Origin: an uncultured Alphaproteobacteria bacterium | Lineage (GTDB): Bacteria > Pseudomonadota > Alphaproteobacteria > Rickettsiales > UBA998 | Direction of reading: 5' to 3' | Assembly: GCA_963803575.1 (NCBI GenBank) | Contig: CAWDMW010000002.1 | Location: 1,314,308-1,378,307 of the forward strand | DNA length: 64,000 nucleotides | Shown: one piece after another, positions 60,111-64,000 of the stretch | Layout of the letters: each line of letters begins with the position of its first letter | Position numbering within the stretch: the first letter of the stretch is position 1 | Notes under the pieces: model-generated | Seen by the model: the letters and a program-made list of their open reading frames with translations, nothing else | The model's database searches: none | What the model was told of the DNA's origin: nothing | Position numbers and translations under genes: made by a program

Positions 60111-63100
60111 TGCTACGCCAGCTTATAGAGTCCTCCGTTCGTGGCCGTATTGTTGTGTTGGCATTATGCATCATCATGATGGCGTATGGCTTGATTGCGG
60201 TAAAAAATGCGCCGCTTGATGTATTCCCCGAATTTGCGCCCATCAAGGTAGAAATTCAAACCGAAGCGCCGGGATTGTCCACGGAAGAAGTTGAAAGCCT
60301 GATTACGATTCCGCTAGAAAATGCGTTGAATGGAACGCAGGGCTTGGATGTGCTGCGTTCAAAATCTGTGCTGGGCTTATCATCCGTAGTGCTATTATTC
60401 AAAGAAGGAACGGATTTAGAGCGTGCGCGTCAGCATGTGCAGGAACGTGTCGCGCTGGAAGCAACGCGCTTACCATCTGTGGCACGTCCTCCGGTTATTT
60501 TGCAACCGCTATCCTCACTCTCACGCGTGTTAAAGATCAATCTGTCATCTGACACGCTGAACCAGATGGATTTAACCGAGCTAACCTTGTGGACGATTCG
60601 CCCAAAATTAATGGGTGTGCCGGGTGTGGCAAATGTTGCTATATGGGGGCAGCAAAACAAGCAATTTCAGGTGCTGGTTGATCCGCAGCGAATGCGCATT
60701 TACGGCGTGAAGCTGGATCAGGTGATGCGCGCCGCAGGGGACGCTACGGTATTGGAATCTGGCGGGTTCGTGGACACCCCAAACCAACGCATTGCTGTGC
60801 GACACCGCGAGGCAATTTATGACATTGAAGATTTAGGGCGCACTGTGGTCGATTTTCGCGGTGATGCCCCTATTCGCATTCGTGACGTAGCCAAAGTGGT
60901 CATTGGTACGCCGCCTGCGATTGGTGACGCCATCGTTAATGACAAACTCGGTTTGATGCTTATAGTGGAGAAGACCCCACAAGGCAACACGCTGGAAGTC
61001 ACACGCAAACTGGAAGAAGCACTGGCGCAGCTTATGCCATCCATGCCAGAGGTTGTCGTTGATACACATCTCTTTCGCCCCGCCACATTTATTGAAGTGG
61101 CTATTAAGAATCTCACCGTAGCATTACTGATTGGTTGCGCGCTGGTTGTGGTTATATTGATGCTGTTCCTGCGCGACCGCCGTACTGCGCTCATCAGCTT
61201 AACCGCGATTCCGCTTTCACTGATTGCAGCTATTGTCGTGCTGACTGCGTGTGGCGTAACGCTTAATACTATGGTAATTGCTGGGCTGGTCATTGCACTG
61301 GGTGAAGTGGTTGATGACGCGATTATTGATGTAGAAAACATCGTACGACGTTTAAAGCTCAACCGCGAGGCAGGTCATCCCAAACCTGCTTTCCGTGTCG
61401 TCGTGGATGCGTCTATGGAAGTGCGCAGTGCCGTGGTCTATGCCACAATGATTGTCATCATCATATTTCTACCTGTTTTCTTTATGGACGGCATCGCAGG
61501 ATCATTTTTCCGCCCGCTAGCAACGGCTTATATTCTGGCAATTATTGCATCATTATTCGTGGCACTCACTGTTACGCCTGCTTTGTGCTATATGTTTTTG
61601 ACAGGAACACGCGCAGAAAAACCTGAAAGCGCTGTCACAACAAGATTACAAACATGCTATGCAGGTTCGCTGCCGCGTTTACTTGAAAAGCCAAAGAAGG
61701 CACTCATTATTATCACAAGCGCGCTTGCATTGAGCATCACCGCTTCATTCTTGTACGGGCAGGAATTTTTGCCCGAATTTCAGGAAACTGACTTCCTAAT
61801 GCATTTCCTCGGCAAACCCGGCACATCAGTTGAAGAAATGAACCGCTTATCCATTCGCGCCGCCAAAGAATTGCTTGCCATTAAAGGTGTCCGCAATCAC
61901 GGGGCGCATGTGGGGCGGGCAGAAGTGGCGGATGAAGTGTACGGCCCTGAATTTACTGAATTATGGGTAAGCATTGATCCTGATGTGCCCTATTACGAAA
62001 CACGCGATAAAATCCAATCCGTCATGGATAATTACCCCGGACTCTATACGGATGTGCAAACCTATCTTAAAGAACGCAGCAAGGAAGTATTGTCTGGCGC
62101 GGGTGCAAGCATTGTCGTACGCCTTTATGGGCATGATCTGGATGAATTGCGCGCCCAGGCAGATAACGTTAAGATTATTATGGCAGACACAAACGGCGCG
62201 ATTGATATGAAAATTGAACCGCTCGTGTTGCTCCCTCAAATTGAAATTGTTATGCGCCCGCAAGCAGCAGAGCGTTTTGGCTTAACCTCTGGCATGATAC
62301 GCCGCACAACGACTACTTTGCTTCGCGGCAATAAAGTGGGTGAAGTTTATGAGGAGAATAAACGCTATGATGTCATGGTCTGGGGTGCGCCAGAATCTCG
62401 CGCCGATATTACAGCCGTTCGTAATTTGCCGATTGATACGCCAACAGGCATACAGATTCGCCTCAAAGATGTGGCAGATGTGATGATGGTGCCAATGCCC
62501 AACTCCATTAAACGTGAAGGCGCGTCACGGCGGCTGGATATTACCGCTAATGTGCGTGGGCGTGACGTGGCGTCAGTCGCCAAAGAGATTGAACAAAAGG
62601 TGCGTGAATTACCGTTCAGGCAAGGTTATTACCCTGAGTTTTTGGGCGAATATAAAGCGCAATCCGATGCAACGGCGCAGCTTATGGCACTGACCTCATT
62701 GGCACTGGCAGGGATTTTTCTTGTTATTTACTCTGATTTTAAGTCTCTTCGGCTCACTTGCATCACGTTCTTTACCTTACCGTTTGCGTTAGTGGGAAGT
62801 GCGATAGCCGTGTTCTTTGCAGGCGGCGTATTGTCGCTTGGTTCCATGGTGGGGTTTGTCACAGTGATAGGTATTGCAGCCCGTAATGGTATTATGATGA
62901 TCAGCCACTGGCGGCATTTAGAAGATGTTGAGGGCGAAGCATTTGACAAAGAGATGGTAAGACGCGGCGCACAAGAGCGGCTTATCCCTATTTTAATGAC
63001 GGCACTTGCCACAGCATTAGCACTACTCCCCCTTATCATTAGCGGAGCAAAACCAGGTCATGAGGTGGAATACCCGCTCGCCGTTGCTATTTTAGGCGGC

Positions 63101-63190
63101 TTATGCACTTCAACCATACTGAATCTCTTTTTCCTTCCTGCGCTCTATTTACGTTATGGTTATCGTCGTAACCAAGAAAAACGCATATGA
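60110..63190 (+). CDS. czcA: heavy-metal-efflux RND permease (CzcA/CusA family)
   Basis: 1026 aa. The N-terminus [20 protein letters not shown]...[28 protein letters not shown] parallels CzcA/CusA. The TM4 motif reads [13 protein letters not shown]. Confidence 0.9.
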   Translation: MLRQLIESSVRGRIVVLALCIIMMAYGLIAVKNAPLDVFPEFAPIKVEIQTEAPGLSTEEVESLITIPLENALNGTQGLDVLRSKSVLGLSSVVLLFKEGTDLERARQHVQERVALEATRLPSVARPPVILQPLSSLSRVLKINLSSDTLNQMDLTELTLWTIRPKLMGVPGVANVAIWGQQNKQFQVLVDPQRMRIYGVKLDQVMRAAGDATVLESGGFVDTPNQRIAVRHREAIYDIEDLGRTVVDFRGDAPIRIRDVAKVVIGTPPAIGDAIVNDKLGLMLIVEKTPQGNTLEVTRKLEEALAQLMPSMPEVVVDTHLFRPATFIEVAIKNLTVALLIGCALVVVILMLFLRDRRTALISLTAIPLSLIAAIVVLTACGVTLNTMVIAGLVIALGEVVDDAIIDVENIVRRLKLNREAGHPKPAFRVVVDASMEVRSAVVYATMIVIIIFLPVFFMDGIAGSFFRPLATAYILAIIASLFVALTVTPALCYMFLTGTRAEKPESAVTTRLQTCYAGSLPRLLEKPKKALIIITSALALSITASFLYGQEFLPEFQETDFLMHFLGKPGTSVEEMNRLSIRAAKELLAIKGVRNHGAHVGRAEVADEVYGPEFTELWVSIDPDVPYYETRDKIQSVMDNYPGLYTDVQTYLKERSKEVLSGAGASIVVRLYGHDLDELRAQADNVKIIMADTNGAIDMKIEPLVLLPQIEIVMRPQAAERFGLTSGMIRRTTTTLLRGNKVGEVYEENKRYDVMVWGAPESRADITAVRNLPIDTPTGIQIRLKDVADVMMVPMPNSIKREGASRRLDITANVRGRDVASVAKEIEQKVRELPFRQGYYPEFLGEYKAQSDATAQLMALTSLALAGIFLVIYSDFKSLRLTCITFFTLPFALVGSAIAVFFAGGVLSLGSMVGFVTVIGIAARNGIMMISHWRHLEDVEGEAFDKEMVRRGAQERLIPILMTALATALALLPLIISGAKPGHEVEYPLAVAILGGLCTSTILNLFFLPALYLRYGYRRNQEKRI

Positions 63191-63846
63191 GACTATTATT
63201 AGTAGAAGATGATACGATGATTGGGCAAAGTCTGCATAAAGCATTGTCACAAAATGGCTTTAGTGTGGATTGGGCAAGAGATGGAGACATGGCAGAAGAG
63301 AGTCTGGCAACATCACAGTATGACTTGATGCTACTTGATTTGGGCTTGCCAAAAAAGTCAGGTCTTGATGTCTTAAAACAGTTACGAGCGCAAAAAAAAG
63401 CATTGCCCGTACTTATTTTAACGGCGCGCGATAGCATTACCGATAAGGTAATCGGACTGGATGCTGGCGCAGATGATTATCTGATTAAACCTTTTGAGCT
63501 GCAAGAGCTAGAAGCACGTATCCGCGCGCTTCTTCGTAGACGTGAAGGACGCAGTGAACCGCTTATGACATGTGGCGAGATTAGTTTAAATCCTATAACA
63601 CGGGACATTACAGTCGGGAATATCACCCACCTGCTTAGTGCAAGGGAATATGCGTTGATGCATGCATTGATGGAACACCCCGGTGCTGTGCTGTCAGTGG
63701 GCGCATTGGAAGAACGGCTTTATGGCTGGAATGATGAAATAGAAAGCAATACGATAGAAGTGCATATCTATCAGATTCGCAAAAAACTGGGGAAAAACTG
63801 CATCATGAACGTTCGGGGCGTTGGATATAAGATTGGTACAGCATGA
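63187..63846 (+). CDS. OmpR/PhoB-family response regulator
   Basis: MRLLLVEDD...[14 protein letters not shown]...DDYLIKPF... plus a winged-helix output domain (...VRGVGYKI). ATGA overlap with czcA. Confidence 0.9.
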   Translation: MRLLLVEDDTMIGQSLHKALSQNGFSVDWARDGDMAEESLATSQYDLMLLDLGLPKKSGLDVLKQLRAQKKALPVLILTARDSITDKVIGLDAGADDYLIKPFELQELEARIRALLRRREGRSEPLMTCGEISLNPITRDITVGNITHLLSAREYALMHALMEHPGAVLSVGALEERLYGWNDEIESNTIEVHIYQIRKKLGKNCIMNVRGVGYKIGTA

Positions 63847-64000
63847 ATCGCTCTATTCGTAGTTACCTCTTAACCTGCCTCACCATTGCATTGCTTATAT
63901 CCTCAGTTTTTATAGCAGGATTTACGTATATTATTGCAGGCGACGAAGTGGATGAACTTTACGATAAAAACATGCAACAAATGGCACAAACACTTCTGGC
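63843..64000 (+). CDS. sensor histidine kinase, N-terminal fragment (runs off right edge)
   Basis: ATGA overlap with the regulator. [33 protein letters not shown] is a TM1 typical of QseC/PmrB/CusS-type kinases. Confidence 0.65.
   Translation, partial: MNRSIRSYLLTCLTIALLISSVFIAGFTYIIAGDEVDELYDKNMQQMAQTLL

Noticed and set aside
60817-61362. 181-aa minus-strand ORF inside czcA
   Set aside because: It is antisense to a well-supported RND permease. The Ser/Thr/Ala-rich translation has no motifs, so it is a shadow ORF.
1-64000. tRNA, rRNA, tmRNA or RNase P genes and CRISPR arrays
   Set aside because: The intergenic spacers are short (at most about 230 bp). None showed T-loop (GGTTCGAAT-like) features, a cloverleaf, or regularly spaced direct repeats. 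None are claimed, though a covariance-model scan would be needed for certainty.

Overview
The window looks like alphaproteobacterial chromosome, judged from gene content and local synteny: cydAB with a GbsR-type regulator, tlpA/argH/small lipoprotein/lysA, hdaA, sdhE-mfd, ubiE-ubiB and a cone-less nrdAB. I saw no rRNA, tRNA or CRISPR array. Composition is mid-40s %GC by eye. About 55 tightly packed genes are mostly housekeeping: htpG, metG, gyrA, mfd, uvrD, ettA, infC, tgt, coaD, lysA, argH and dadA/gcdH. Several accessory or unusual elements interrupt this backbone.

1. A very AT-rich four-gene cassette sits between nrdA and nrdB, co-oriented with both. It encodes a 1-TM protein, a 4-TM protein and a MntA/HepT pair. 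This is my best candidate for an undescribed (defence-like) module. The upstream nrdA is itself broken by a 1-nt frameshift.
2. A Tn3-family transposon starts 25 nt after tgt, with a GGGG-type terminal inverted repeat. Its tnpA carries an in-frame TAG, and a res-like spacer separates it from a divergent serine resolvase. Apparent cargo is a translationally coupled czcCBA-type heavy-metal RND operon plus an OmpR-type regulator and sensor kinase, running off the right edge.
3. Several proteins look host-interaction or surface related: a secreted ankyrin-repeat protein, an RTX nonapeptide protein, a 414-aa protein with two long hydrophobic lobes, and a divergent 649-aa GT20 (OtsA-like) glycosyltransferase.
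4. Motility and taxis genes occur without neighbouring flagellar genes: a lone flagellin and a soluble triple-PAS chemoreceptor.
5. Smaller items are an orphan clavaminate-synthase-like Fe/2OG oxygenase, an unannotated 47-aa LptM/LppL-like lipoprotein gene overlapping argH and lysA, and a ModA-like binding protein occupying the znuA position.

All calls come from reading the translations and the DNA. No database searches were run, so family assignments for the non-housekeeping genes are motif-level inferences.
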